64,000 nucleotides of DNA from Takakia lepidozioides. Lineage: Eukaryota > Plantae > Bryophyta. Shown here piece by piece: positions 1 through 12,755 of this stretch. Made by a program: the position numbers and the translations under genes. Within the stretch, counting starts at the first letter, position 1. Each line of letters opens with the position of its first letter. The stretch lies in NCBI GenBank assembly GCA_030704615.1, contig CM060732.1, forward strand, positions 59,086,001 through 59,150,000, written 5' to 3'. The notes beneath the pieces were generated by a model, which was not told the DNA's origin, did not search any database, and saw only the letters and a program-made list of their open reading frames with translations.

Positions 1-292
1 ATACTCCTCACAATAAAATTGAAGGGCTTCACACTTCCGTGTTGTTTAGAAACAGAAAGGTGAGGAGAACAGGATGAATGATGCAAGATTGACAAGAGCG
101 AAGTTCTCGAGGGTGAAGAAAAAAAGAATCTAGCCAAGAAGGAAAGTTACGAGTTTTCTACATTCATCAAACCTGTAAGGGAGTAAATGCATCATACTGA
201 ACGAGCTCCCAGAAGATGACAATTCTGCTGAGCTTAACAGTGTGCAAAAGACAGACTGGAGTCAACTAGATTTCATCTCCATTGATTGAGTT

Positions 293-1132
293 TCAGTACT
301 CTCCAATTCGAATGATGGCCCACACATCCATCACACCAGGAGGAACCGCATTGTCAATTGCTGATCGCACTGCTGCCTTTGCTACCGCAGTGACCTTCAC
401 AGGAGGCACCAAAAAGTTCCCTACTACAGGAATTTGGGAGGCAGACTTAGCATTTTTCAAGAGCATCTCAAGTGGTGCTCCAATAGCACTAAGCGGAATG
501 TTGATATCTCCTACTCGGCGGTTACCATGAATAAACCCTGGCCTTAAGATTACGCCACCGTATGGAAACTTGAGCCGCAGTGCATCCTCAGCAGCCTTCT
601 TCCCATCGTAGTAACCGCGCAGCACGAAGGACGGTAGTCCAAAATCAAGGGCAGATATGTACACAAAGCGCTTTACACCTGACTCGGCGGCGGCATTAAT
701 GGCTGCAACGTTTGCATCCCCATTGATCCTGCGCATTTGCTCATTTGTTCCGAACCCACCCACACATGAAATCACGGCAGATACATCCTTTAAAGAATCT
801 TTCCATTTCTCCGGATCAAATAAGTCTCCTCGCATCCATAAAACACTGTTGACCCATGCCTCGTGCGCGGCCGGTCTTCCAGATCTGCTAATACTAAGCA
901 CCGGAAGCCCGCGGCCCAGAGCTTCCTGGCAGACATGCGTCCCCACAAACCCATTGCCTCCCAACACAAGCAGCTTGGTCCGCTGTTCTGGTTTCGCATC
1001 CACAGGCTCTGCTTCTTCTGGATTCAGGGTACTTGCAGTTGATGTGGATGACAAGGACCTGCTGGCAGAATACCCTGACCCTACAATAGAGCGCCACCGC
1101 CACAACCCCTTAGTTACAGATCGCCCTGCCAT
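293..1132 (-). CDS. NAD(P)-binding Rossmann-fold (atypical SDR/epimerase-like) protein, At5g10730/At1g32220-like, intronless, probably organelle-targeted
   Basis: Uninterrupted 279-aa ORF from the first ATG (MAGRSV...). It has the motif LLVLGGNGFVGTHVC, plus AVISCVGGFG, KRFVYISA, GYYDGK and ILRPGFIHG. The N-terminus is Ser/Arg-rich like a transit peptide. Confidence 0.9.
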   Translation of the reverse strand: MAGRSVTKGLWRWRSIVGSGYSASRSLSSTSTASTLNPEEAEPVDAKPEQRTKLLVLGGNGFVGTHVCQEALGRGLPVLSISRSGRPAAHEAWVNSVLWMRGDLFDPEKWKDSLKDVSAVISCVGGFGTNEQMRRINGDANVAAINAAAESGVKRFVYISALDFGLPSFVLRGYYDGKKAAEDALRLKFPYGGVILRPGFIHGNRRVGDINIPLSAIGAPLEMLLKNAKSASQIPVVGNFLVPPVKVTAVAKAAVRSAIDNAVPPGVMDVWAIIRIGEY

Positions 1133-2514
1133 AGCAACACCGCTTTTCTGCACTGTGACACTCCTAATCACTGAACATGGAGAGAATCCTCAGAATTGCA
1201 AAACCCACAGAACACAAAAAGCATGGAGAGACTGACAGGCCTTCCAGCACTCCCAATGCGTAAAACAGACAGCTGAACACCACCCACAATCTCAAATTGA
1301 ACTCAATTTCATCACAGACTTGAATCTTGCTGAAGGAAGGGGATCCGGGCCCATATGCAAGCACGCCCTGCAAGCCTGCCAAACCTAGCTATGAGTGATC
1401 TATTCTCCGCATTCCTGTCTACCCACGTGTCGCTTACCAAAGACAACAACAAGCGCAAAACGAGATGCAGGGTCCCTGCAGCTTCAAAGACACGTGGCAT
1501 GGACTCTGTGCAGCTTCCCCCATTATTTTATTATTTTATTTTTATTTATCATCATTTTTAAAAAGAAAACTGGTCTGCCATATGGGGCTCAATTTGGATC
1601 AAATCACGGCCTACACAGATCACAGCATTCCTTTGGCAAGTTCTAAACATGGTGCTTAAAGTGGGAGAATGGCTGCAATTCCAGGCAGCTCTTCTACGTG
1701 CTTGTTGTGCAGCTAGTATCATGCAGTCAATAGAGCACTACCGATATGGCCATCCCTGAAAGGGGGCAGTAGCTGCAAGGTGAAGTGGCTCTTACTTATG
1801 CCGGCTTCGGGCCGGAGTGATCTTCAAACTCTCTCTCTAGAACACTACCTCCTCTTTTGTCATGCCCAAGCTAGAGTCTCAGGCTGGCCTTTGGTGAAGG
1901 TATTTTACCGCCATTGAAATCAAAGACACTATCATCTATAGACATACTTACTCCTTAACTATAATACAGTCACCAAGCAAAGGTCTCTGAACTGTCCAGT
2001 TTTCGAAACCCTCAGGGTTTAACTCTATTATGGAAGGCACGCTGCAAAAAAAAATGTTCTCTGGGAAACCTCCACCATCTCTACCTCCTTTCTAATGTTT
2101 TTTATGATCTGCATACTGAATATTCCCGAGGGACCTATAACCGTGGGAATAGGCATGTACAGTATGAAGAAAGAAGACCCCATGATGAAAGAAGAGCCCA
2201 TGACTTCAATGAATATGTAGGACTGCATGCAGTCTGCCAACCTATGCTACATATTGCAAACAAACCGACAATGAAAATAGACTCCATGACTGGAATGTTG
2301 CACGTTCTTGGTATAAAGCACATCATTGACTTCACAATGGATTCTTTTGTGGAGGTTCAAAGATTGAAGCATACAATGGAACAATGACATACCGAATTTG
2401 AAGCAGACGGACTTTGAAAGCATACCAGGGCACACTCTTGAGTTGCATACACATAGAACATGGGGGACCGATGTCTTCAAGCAAGAATCCACCATCTTAA
2501 AGCAGGAATCCACC

Positions 2515-2890
2515 GCGACGCGTCGAAGCACACCGTTTCTATTCCAATCCAAAAGGTGTGCTTTGGAGGTCTGTTTAGATAGCAACAGAAAGCATGGAGG
2601 GTCCTTGAAAGACATTTAATATATAGCAGAAATGGTGCTTCAAAGTACACCATTTCTGCCCACATCCAAAAGGCTCTTTTTGTGGTCTCTTCAGACAGCA
2701 ATAGAAAGCATGGAGGGTACTTGAAAGGGATTGCATACAGAGCAGAAATGGTGTGCTTGAAGCACACCGTTTCTGCCCCACCCAAAAGGCTCGTTTTTCA
2801 GGTCTCTTTAGACAACAACAAAAAACATGGATGGTACTTGAAAGGGGTTGAATCTCGGTTGAATACATAGTAGAAATGGTGTGCTTAATG
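2515..2890. repeat. Tandem repeat, ~118-bp unit, ~3 copies, each with an internal hairpin
   Basis: Recurring unit AGCAGAAATGGTGTGCTTGAAGCACACCGTTTCTGCCC...CCAAAAGG...TTAGACAGCAACAGAAAGCATGGAGGGT at about 2520, 2625, 2740 and 2870. Confidence 0.8.
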
Positions 2891-3136
2891 ACTAAGGTGG
2901 AGAATCAACGACTGGCCTCGACAAAAATGTAGCAAAGAGTCGGCCATTGAGGGTGTGCATTACCGCACACCCTTTTCAAGTGCACTAAACACAAAGAAAA
3001 AGAACAAGAGGCCGATGCAGGAAGGGGAAGAATTACCATCTCGTCTGGACAATCCCCTGAAGCTCGCTCTGATGTGCTGGTGTGCTGATGAGTCCAATCG
3101 TCACCACAAACTGGTGGAGTGCAAAACCATTGCCAA

Positions 3137-3219
3137 TTTGCAATGCTTATCGGCCTGATAACAGTTTAGGGTAACTGCAGGATAACACAAACTTTTATCA
3201 GGCCGATAAGCATTGTAAA
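3137..3219. repeat. Inverted repeat/hairpin (31-bp arms, 2 mismatches, 21-nt loop)
   Basis: TTTGCAATGCTTATCGGCCTGATAACAGTTT (3137-3167) is complementary to AAACTTTTATCAGGCCGATAAGCATTGTAAA (3189-3219). Confidence 0.85.
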
Positions 3220-4431
3220 CAGACCTTTGGTTTGAAAGCAGGCCAGTGGCAGGTTCCTCGAACACCATCGGAACACACTGAAGCTCACAAATAAGACCAG
3301 CACACTACCCAGAGTGTTGGCGCACACCACCAACAGCCCCGTCTCTCATCTATTCTTGACGATGCAACATGGTGATATTTTCCTCCCAACCCTAAACCCT
3401 ATGTCTTCTCATCTTGTTTCTGCAATTAGAAGCGGTAAGCATTGACGCACACCATGACATACCCCTGGATAACACCTAGGGCAACCGAGGTCTCATCTGC
3501 CACAACACCTCGCTGGACTTCTATGACTGGGCCGAGCTCCCTCCCCTACGTTGGCGAGATCACCGAGCGATCCCGCAGTGTCATCCGAATTTGAGCGTGA
3601 AGTTAATTGGAAGCACTGCCTTCCATTAAAACGGCTTGATTACAGATAGCGTAGCTCTGTTTTTAGAAAGGTCAATGTCAAGCCTCTTGCCATGTCTATG
3701 CCATCAATTCTTATTGGAAAACAAACCCTTATAATGATATGGTTCCCTAGGTCACCCCATCAGGAGTACATTTAGTCTCATACTTTTTTCCAGCTAAATT
3801 TCTTGAGTTTCCAGATAAGGTAACCAAAGTCTCTAGTTCTTTTTTCCCGCTCTGGGGGTACGGTTCATGACTTCACTGGTTACGGTGTGTGCGCCTCATG
3901 GTGTAACAGGGGTTTTAAAAAAATTCCCCCAAACTAATTTCAAATAAAGATTTCATCGGGGCCACTGTCCCTGTTCATTTTTTAAATACAAAAATTAAAT
4001 TAAAACAAACAAAGTGTCACACACCTCACTTCGGTAAGCTCCCCTTCAAGTCATAGTTACTCGCTTTGATGCGCGCGCCTAACTCCCAACCTGGCCGCCG
4101 GGCCAACTCGGAGCTTCGGCTGCTCACCGGGACATAACGGTCCCCCTTTACTCTTCCAAAAGACCCTCCACCAATTTGGGCCTAGTGGAAATTCCCTTTG
4201 GTAGCCGGAATAGCTCCCCAGTCCTTGGTCGCTTTCCGGCTCGCTCGCTTACTCACTAGTTTTTGGTCACCAACGGGCTTGCACCATTCTCGGGGTTACT
4301 ACTCCCTATATATACTTCTGTGACTGTCCGCGGGGGTTCCACAAACAACACCATCCTTTTATGGCGAACCACCACGAAGACCCTCAATTCCCGGTGATGA
4401 GTTGCGGTGAGTCTTGGCCCACCCACCACGG

Positions 4432-5311
4432 TGTTAGTGGGCTGCTTGGGACTTAGACGCTTTTACGGGTTCTGTGGGGTACCCTTAATTTTTGCGCAGA
4501 CTTACGGATGGTAGACTAAGACCAACAGGAGCCTTAGGGGTGGCAGGCGCAGGCTTTAGGGGGGGTAGACAGCCCGACACAGCCCGACACAGCTTCGCAC
4601 AGCCAGTCACAGCCCGACATAGCTTTACACAGCCAGTCACAGCTCGGCACTGGCACAGCTTAGCACAACTTGGCACAGCCTGTCACAGCGTACATGGGGA
4701 ACGGTTATCATTGACAAGGAATGACTGTGTGGGAACGACATCTGCAGAGGGAACGTGTTACTTCAGGGGTGACGATTAGTTAGTTAGGTGGTTAGAACAG
4801 CTTGCGGGTAGATGAAGGAGGGCGGCAACAGGAAGGGGATCACTTCTGGAGGAGCGCGACTTGGTCAAGGGAGGAGGAGACGAAACGGAGAGCGGAAACA
4901 GTGAAGAGGAGATGATGACCTGATTGAGGCTTAATTCATGCAAGCTGTAGAATCGTATAGTAGGGTAGAATAGGGACACCATGGCAATGGCCTGAAACTT
5001 GATTAATCTCAATTTGATACTTATTCGATACAATCATACTGTGTAGAGAGACATGAGAGAAGCTGTGGAATGAATGAATGATTGGAACTTGGTAGATACT
5101 GAAGCAATCTGATGCTTCAGTATACACAGTAAGGTAAACTGATAACATGAAGGCAAGAAGGAATACAAATAGGAAACACAACCATGATTCACTAGCTGCA
5201 GGTCATGACTGATTGTTCTGAGCGGGCTGAGTGCTTAGAGATATCCAACTCTTCTATCTTGGAGTTTCCACCTCGGATAGCGAAGGGATGGGTGAGTAAA
5301 AGCCGCCGACA
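4432..5311 (+). repeat. 5' LTR of Ty3/gypsy element 1, with an internal 10-bp-periodic ACAGCC minisatellite (~4570-4690)
   Basis: Starts TGTTAG and ends CCGACA. Highly similar to the reverse complement of 42637-43666. Confidence 0.9.
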
Positions 5312-5313
5312 TT

Positions 5314-5331
5314 TGGCGACCATACTGGGGA
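5314..5331 (+). promoter_or_regulatory. Primer-binding site (probably tRNA-Arg)
   Basis: TGGCGACCATACTGGGGA lies 2 nt after the LTR end and resembles the complement of plant tRNA-Arg 3' ends. Confidence 0.7.
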
Positions 5332-6633
5332 TCTGGGTCATGAACAACCAGATGTGACAGGCATCTGGTGGGATCATGGTGGTTGGAGAATTAAAGAATT
5401 TGATGTGAATCAAATTCCCTGTGGAACTGAGAAGGAAAGATTGTCCAAACAATTCTTTCAGAGGTTCTTGGAATTGCCAGACGGTTGTAAGGAAAACATT
5501 CTTAAGAGAGTGCATGATGCTGACCCTGAGTGGGGTCTGGAGAAAGGAGTGATAAAGATTTATCAAGTGGCCTATAGAGGAAGAGCATGTTGGTTACCAA
5601 CACTGGTTTATGTGATAGCATTGCTATCCATTAAGCGAGTGAAGAACTTGTATTGGTAAAGAATTGGATTCCTAAGGATATTCTGTGGATCAAACTCACA
5701 CCAAGAACAGCTTTTCAGACTTGTTTGCCATATGGTTATATGGTAACGGAGACTTCTTGTATAGCCAAGGGTGCATTGAAGCTTGAAAGAAACCCAGGCA
5801 TATACGAGAGATACTACAGAAGAGAGTTTTGGTTATTGCCTCATTAAAGAAATGAAAGACATGGGACATGAGTGATGAAAGAGAAGCTAGACCCCAGAGA
5901 TATTAAGCAAAAAGAGAAAGTTATTTGAAAGCTAATTATCCATATCTTTGGGAGAGAGGAATAGACATAGGGGAATCATCTGGACCTCTCATACCGTTAA
6001 GATCAAATAGTACATCACCCGTACCGGAAGAACTAGAGTTGGATGCTACTCCTTCTTATTCTTTGCAAGAAAGATTAAGGGAATTGGTACAGGAAGAAGA
6101 TCAACCACGAGGTGAAAGATCTGAGATACATCCCTGGATAAAAGATTTGACAGAAATCTTTGATAAGAGTTGGCATGGAACACCAAAAGCAGGAACTCCA
6201 GTTTCTGAAACGGAAGACAAAGAAGGAGGAGAGGATGTGGCAGAGCCAACGGAGAGTTCAGACTCTCCAACACCATTGCAATTGAGTTACATGAGTGAAG
6301 AAGAAGAAACCCAAGGCAGAACTTGGAAGATAAAAACAGAGAGAAGAAATTGGAAGATGAAGAGTATGAAGAAGTAGACCCAACAGCTGAGGTTGAGACT
6401 ACAACCAGGACATCCCAACCTGTTGGACCTGGATCAAGTGGAGCACTTGGATCACAGGCCAACGAAGGTGTCGGCTCAGGGGGATCAGGCGGGCAGCCTG
6501 GATCTGGCTCTGGGGGGACAGGGAGTGTGGGAAGTAGTGCAACTGGAGCTGGGAATACTGTGAATATAGTGGGGCCAGTAGGAGGGAGTGCTCAGGGGCC
6601 AGCACTTGGTGGAAGTTCCACCACAACTACAAC

Positions 6634-7474
6634 AGGTTGTAACGCCATCTGTGGCCCTACCCGCTGCCCACTGACAGGTGCTGGCCCCCCTGCTGGTGCT
6701 GGTCCTCGAGGAATAACAATTCTCAGTAGAATGGTTATCCATTTTACAGATAGTACAGTGTTTCTCCTTCATGTGGCATTCAGTGGTGGTATGGCCTTCA
6801 TTCTGACATTTTGCACACCAAACGCCCTTCCTCCAATGTGTTGCAGCCTCTGTGGCATACTTCTTCAAGATTTCCTCCAATCTTCTCTCATAGTTATCCC
6901 TCTTCAACTTTTCCTTCTTCTTACTCTTCCTCTTGAGCTCTTGCTCTTCTTCCTCATCCGACTCATCCTCAGAGTCCTCATCATCCATTTTCTCTCTCCT
7001 GAGCATTCCCAATTGCTCAATTCTGTTAGCTGTTTCAAATGCTTCATCCACCGTATTATGGGGTAGCATATCCACTTTCTTTTGCAACTCAGGTCTTAGT
7101 CCACTCACAAACCAAGTCTTCTGTAATCCTGGTGTTGGTACAGCAGCCAACTTCTTCATCATCAATTCCATGTACTCTTCAACAGTTTCATGCTTCTTTT
7201 GGTTTAACTGTTGTAAACTTCCATACACTTCATCCTCAGTTTTACTTGTCCTGAACCTATTTCGGAATGCTGTACTTAAGCCATTCCAGGTTAGGAAATG
7301 ATTATCAGGGAATCTTGCATACCATTCACTTGCTTTCTTTATGAGTGAACAAGGAAAAAGTCTCATTTTGGCATCATCGCCATTCTCATTGTTCACAATA
7401 CACATGTGCTCAAATTGGCTGATGTGTACATCAGGATCCCCTTTTCCTGCATATATTGGAAAAGGTGGTTTTGC
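6634..7474 (-). pseudogene. Gag capsid plus two CCHC zinc knuckles of element 1, inverted relative to the rest of the element
   Basis: The minus-strand ORF reads DDAKMRLFPCSL..ASEWY..TWNGLSTAFRNRF..QKKHETVEEY..CAKCQNEGHTTTEC..CTICKMDNHSTENC. Flanking gag sequence is on the plus strand. Confidence 0.85.
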
Positions 7475-10400
7475 CCAAGAAGGGAATTACCAAGGCAATC
7501 CTAGAGGCAACTATCAGGGTAATCCAAGGGGGAATTACCAGCCAGGGAATGAGGATTATAGAAACAATCCCAGAACAGACCAAGGGCAAGGACCTAATGG
7601 GGAAGAACTGTGTTACTATTGTAATCAGGCAGGACATCGTAAGGCAGCCTGTCCATTCTGGATCAGACACCAGAATGAGATGAGAGCTCCTGTGAATGAG
7701 GGCCCAGTGGTGGCAACTCACATGGTTAGGCCTTGTGTTGTACCAGAAGTAAGTACAATGATAGTAACCAGAAGCAAAGCTAAACTAATACCTCCAGTAG
7801 ATGAGGAAGATGATGATAATGAAGATGGCAATAACGTGCCTGAAGATGATGAGGCTTGGAGAGATGAGAAGGAACTGCACAAGGAAGTGGCTGATACCAT
7901 AAGGGAAATGCAAAAGAGTATTGATATCCCTATGGCAGATTCCTCTGATTCTGAAAGAGAAGATGAAGGAAGTGAGGATGAAGTGAAGAAAGAAGCTGTA
8001 CAAGTGCAGGGTAATGAAGGGACTTTGGCTGAAGTAATATGCCAGTCCAAAGCGGAGATTACCATTGGACAGCTATTGGCTGTGACACCTCATTGTAGGC
8101 ACAGACTGTATCAAGCAATTAATCAGATTGCTCATGTGACAGGGAACACAGACCTGAACAGCAAGGTGACAAGCTATACTGTGAAGCCAGAATGGCGAGA
8201 AACAGTCATGGACTTTGATGATTCTATGCCAGTAATCCAATTGAGAATTGGAAGCACAGATCTAACTGATGTACTGATAGATGGAGGCTCTGGAGTGAAT
8301 ATCATAACATACCAATTAAGGCAGAAGCTTGGTTTAAGTAACATGAAGCCAGCCCCATTCACAGTAACAATGGCAGATCAAAGAAGTGTTCAGCCATTGG
8401 GTTTGATAAGAGGAGTTAAGATACAGATTCAAAAGATGATCTTTAAGATCACAGTGACTATGTTGAAAATGGATGATGTCATGGAAGCTTACTCCTTATT
8501 GCTGGGTCGACCATGGCTGAAACAGGCCAGGGTATTCCATGACTGGAATTCCCAGTTACTAACTGTGCATGATGGGAAGCACAAGATACAAATCACCACA
8601 AAGAAATCTAGTAGACTACCTGCTACGAGAAGACCTCGGGGAGTCAGAGAGTATGACTGGAGGAGAGGACTTGATGAGGAGCAGGAAGCTACCATGTTCG
8701 CTGCACACCCAGAGTGGGAGCAGGTTGCAGAAATGCAACTGGAGGGCCTAAGTTGTTTAAAAGGTATCTGCTGTGGTGTAGTGACAGCAACACCAATTGA
8801 AGGTAAAACAAGCAGTTACCCACCACATTTCTATGAAGAAAGAGAGGGAGAAATGGACATCCTAGAAGAACCAGCCACTGTAAGTTTACAGGATGAAGTA
8901 GTGACTGGTTGGACAATCACAGCTGATGAGGAGGTGAGAGAAGTGAATGTGGGGACTGCAAAGGAACCGAGAATGGTAAAAGTAGGGGCTGACTTGGAGC
9001 CAAAATTCTTTGAGGAAGCTAAGAGTTTGTTCATAAAATACAGAGATGTATTTACTTGGAGCTATGAGGATCTGAAAGGGATACCACCTGAGATTTGTCA
9101 GCATAAGATTGAACTGGAACCAGGGTCAGTACCAATCAAGCAGGGTAGGTACAGAATGAATCCCAACTATGCACAGAAGGTTGGGGAAGAGATGAAGAAG
9201 TTGGCTGAGGCTAAGTTTATATACCCAATAGAGTATACAACTTGGTTGTCACCTATTGTGATAGTTCCCAAGAAGAATGGTAAACTGAGAGTTCGTGTGA
9301 ACTACAAAAAATTGAATGCTTGTACAAAGAAATATCATTTCCCTTTGTCATTCACAGAAGTGGTACTGGACACTGTGGCAGGCCATGAGATGTACTCATT
9401 CATGGATGACTTTAGTGGGTATAACCAAGTGCAAGTGGCAGAAGAAGACCAGAGAAAGACAGCTTTCATCACAGACTGGGGTGCGTATGCATACAAAGTC
9501 ATGCATTTTGGACTTTGCAATGCACCAACAACTTTTCAGAGAGTGATAAGTGAATCTTTCCATGAGTATCTGGATGATTTCATGCAGGTGTTCTTAGATG
9601 ATTTCAGTGTGTACAGCTCTAAGAATGAGCACTTGCATAAATTGAGGTTATGTTTGGCCAGATGCAGGATGAGAGGTCTGGGCCTGAATCCAGAGAAGTG
9701 TACTTTCTGTGTGAATTCAGGGGTACTTTTGGGACACATTGTGTGTAAAAGGGGACTTCTTGTGGATCCCAGAAAGACAGAGGCCATTAAAGCCTCTCCA
9801 CCACCACTAAATGTTAAGAGTTTAAGGAGATTCCTTGGTCAAACCAGTTATTACAGAAGATTTGTCAGACGGTATGCACAGATAGCAACACCATTGAACA
9901 AGCTTTTGAAGAAAGATGCAGTGTTTGCATGGACAGCTGAATGTCAACAGGCTTTTGAGGAACTTACATTGTCAGTAACAACTACACCTGTGCTGATTAA
10001 CCCCCACTGGCATGTAGTGTTTCATGTTCACTGTGATGCCAAATGTTACAGGAAATATAGATTCACCTGTGTATTATGCTAGTAGGTTGATGAACAGTGC
10101 TGAGAGGAACTATAGCACAACTGAAAGAGAAGCATTGGCAATGATTTATTCAGTCAAGAAATTCAGGCATTACCTATTGGGAAGAAAGTTTGTGTTTTAT
10201 ATGGATCATCAGGCTCTGATTTATTTGGTGAACAAGCCTTTGATAAGTGGAAGGATAGTCCAGTGGTTAATAATCTTGCACGAGTTTAAGTTCGAAGTTG
10301 TTTACAAACCTGGCCGTTTGCATCTTGTGGCATATCACTTGTCACGCCTATCAACAGGAGAGCCTGCCACAGGAAAAGACGACCAACTACCTGATGCGAG

Positions 10401-11694
10401 TTTATTTGCAGTAGAGGTGCAGGGAAGTGCAGATGATTGGTTAGATTGGCAGTGGCCAATCAAATACTACCTTACTCATGGTCAGTGCCCACCTAGTTAT
10501 GGGAAGGAGCAGCGGAAGAGAGTAGTTATCAAGGCTTTACCTTACACTATGATAGGGGGCAGAATGTATAAGCTAGGACCTGATGGAGTACTTAAACGTT
10601 GCTTGTACCACCATGAAGTAAATAAAGTTTTGGAGGAAGTTCATAAAGGAGTGGCTAGAGGTCATTTTGGAGAAGAGACTACCAGTAGAAAGATACTACT
10701 GGCAGGTTACTGGTGGCCTACATTGTTCAAGGATGTACACAAGTATTGCAAGAGTTGTGATGAGTGTCAGAGGCTAGGACCATTGCAGAGATCTGGGAAG
10801 ATGGCTTTGCATCCTACGATGCCTACTGAACCGTTTCAGAAATAGGACTAGACTTTGTTGGACCAATTAACCCACCAGCAAGAAATACACAGAACAAGTA
10901 TATAATCACAGCCACTGATTATACTACAAAGTGGGTGGAAGCTAAAGCTCTGAGGGACAACACAGCTAAGTCCACAGCAAGGTTCATGTATGAGAACATA
11001 CTTACAAGATTTGGCTGTCCCCTGGAATTTATCAGTGACCAGGGAAGTCACTTCATTAATGAGACCATAGAACTATTGACTAAAGAGTTCATGATTGGTG
11101 CATAGGAAGAGTACAACTTATTACCCACAGGGTAATGGACAGGCAGAGGCTACCAACAAAATACTATGTACTATCTTGGCTAAGATAGTCAATGCAAACA
11201 GAACAGATTGGGATACAAAGCTGTTGACGGCTTTGTGGTCATACAAGACTTCATATAAAGTCACCACTAAAGTTATTACCATTCCAATTAGTTTATGGTA
11301 TGGAAGCTTTACTTCCAGTTGAGTTCTTGTTCCTACCATGAGAACTGAATGGGGAAGGAGATGGATTGGAAGATTCAATTAAGGTCAGGAAAACATGAAT
11401 TATATCATGTGGAAGAAGTACGTGCTGATGCAAGCAGATAACATGACCAGAATTCAGATGAAGAGGAAAGATCAATTTGATGAAGGTAAACTAAAACCTT
11501 TTAAGACGGGTGATTTGGTTTTGTGGTTGCAGAAGAAGGGGAAGGTTAAGGCTTCTAAGCTTAAATCACCATGGAAAGGACCTTATGTCATACAGAAGAT
11601 GTATGATAACAACACCGTCATGTTACAAACCATAACAAAGAGATGTTGGGAAGAGTCAATGCCAATAAGTGAAGGTATACAATGGTATCCATGA
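7475..11694 (+). pseudogene. Gag C-terminus/pol (zinc knuckle, aspartic protease, RT, RNase H, integrase) with frameshifts and stops
   Basis: CYYCNQAGHRKAAC; VLIDGGSGVNI; WLSPIVIVPKKNGKLR; VFLDDF; ERNYSTTEREALA; H..GHFG..C..C zinc finger; YYPQGNGQAE; WKGPY. Confidence 0.92.
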
Positions 11695-11829
11695 CAAACC
11701 ATTGCAGCACGATTTGCATATTGAAACACAGAAACAGTCACGGGGCTGCACCGTAATACCAACGGAGCATGAAGCACTTGTCGGAAAGCCGAAGTGTGTA
11801 ACTGGCCCTGAGCGTAGAACGCGGGTGTT

Positions 11830-11990
11830 CGCACAGTTATCACAGCCCACCACAACATCACACAGCTTATCACAGTCCATCACAACATCACACAGCCTAT
11901 CACAGCCCACCACAGTGTCACACAGCCTATCACAGCTCGTCACATTTTGACACAGCCTGTCACAGCCCAACACAGCCCACGCGGGTTACA
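11830..11990 (+). repeat. CACAGC-based 10-bp-periodic minisatellite in the pol/extra-ORF spacer, related to the LTR minisatellite
   Basis: CACAGCCCAC CACAACATCA CACAGCTTAT... repeated. Confidence 0.8.
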
Positions 11991-12755
11991 CAGTCCATAG
12001 GGTCAGTGACAGGTGGACGTTGATTAACGTCCGAAAAGTGGCCGGCGGAAGAAAAGACAGCTGTCAAACTTAGAGAATGTGCCACGCGGACAGGGGATGA
12101 CGGAGGCGGGTCTAGAAACAAACACGTGGTCGCCAGGGCGAAGCACACCGCCGTGCATATATTGCAAAAGCAGGTGTCATCATGCAAGAAGACAAATTGG
12201 GCCGTCAAAGTACCTACCCGGTACATCAACCCAAACTATTTGTGGGCCCTTTAATGCATTCAGGGCAAGGGTAACGGAACCCTTAACGAGTATAGAAAAG
12301 GGGGATTTTTGCCACATGTGTTGTCCTAGTGGACATTCCAGGGGGGGATGTCCACTGAAGGGAGTAAAGTTAAGGAGTTACCAAAGGCACAGCCTCACGA
12401 GCGAGAATTACATACAGGTGGTATCCTCCCAAGAAACAAGAACAAGAAATTAGCAGGGTTATGAGCGCAAGAGTCGGGGTGGTTCCGAATAACCAGCGTC
12501 TCGGCAGGAGAGGCAATCAAAGCTATAGCTTTGTAGCTATGGCGGATATTACAGATTACATGCTCGCTTTACTTCTCACGCAATGGCGCAAGGACGGACG
12601 GATTGAGAGTACATTTTCTCTCACTCGATACTTGCAAGCCCCACAGGCTTACACGCACTTACCCGTTCCATTCTGTGCCAACCATACCTTTATGCTCTGT
12701 GCCCTGCAAGCTTTCCTACAATTCCTACAATACAGAGCCATTTTGTTTGTCTAGA

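Noticed and set aside
657-1235. 192-aa plus-strand ORF
   Set aside because: Antisense shadow of the Rossmann-fold gene.
2028-2470. Possible exon fragments on the minus strand (also 53590-53890 and 62690-64000)
   Set aside because: They look exon-like but I could not assign them to any family with confidence.
6323-7066. 247-aa plus-strand ORF with a hydrophobic, membrane-like C-terminus
   Set aside because: The hydrophobic tail is the antisense reading of the acidic/basic stretch of inverted gag.
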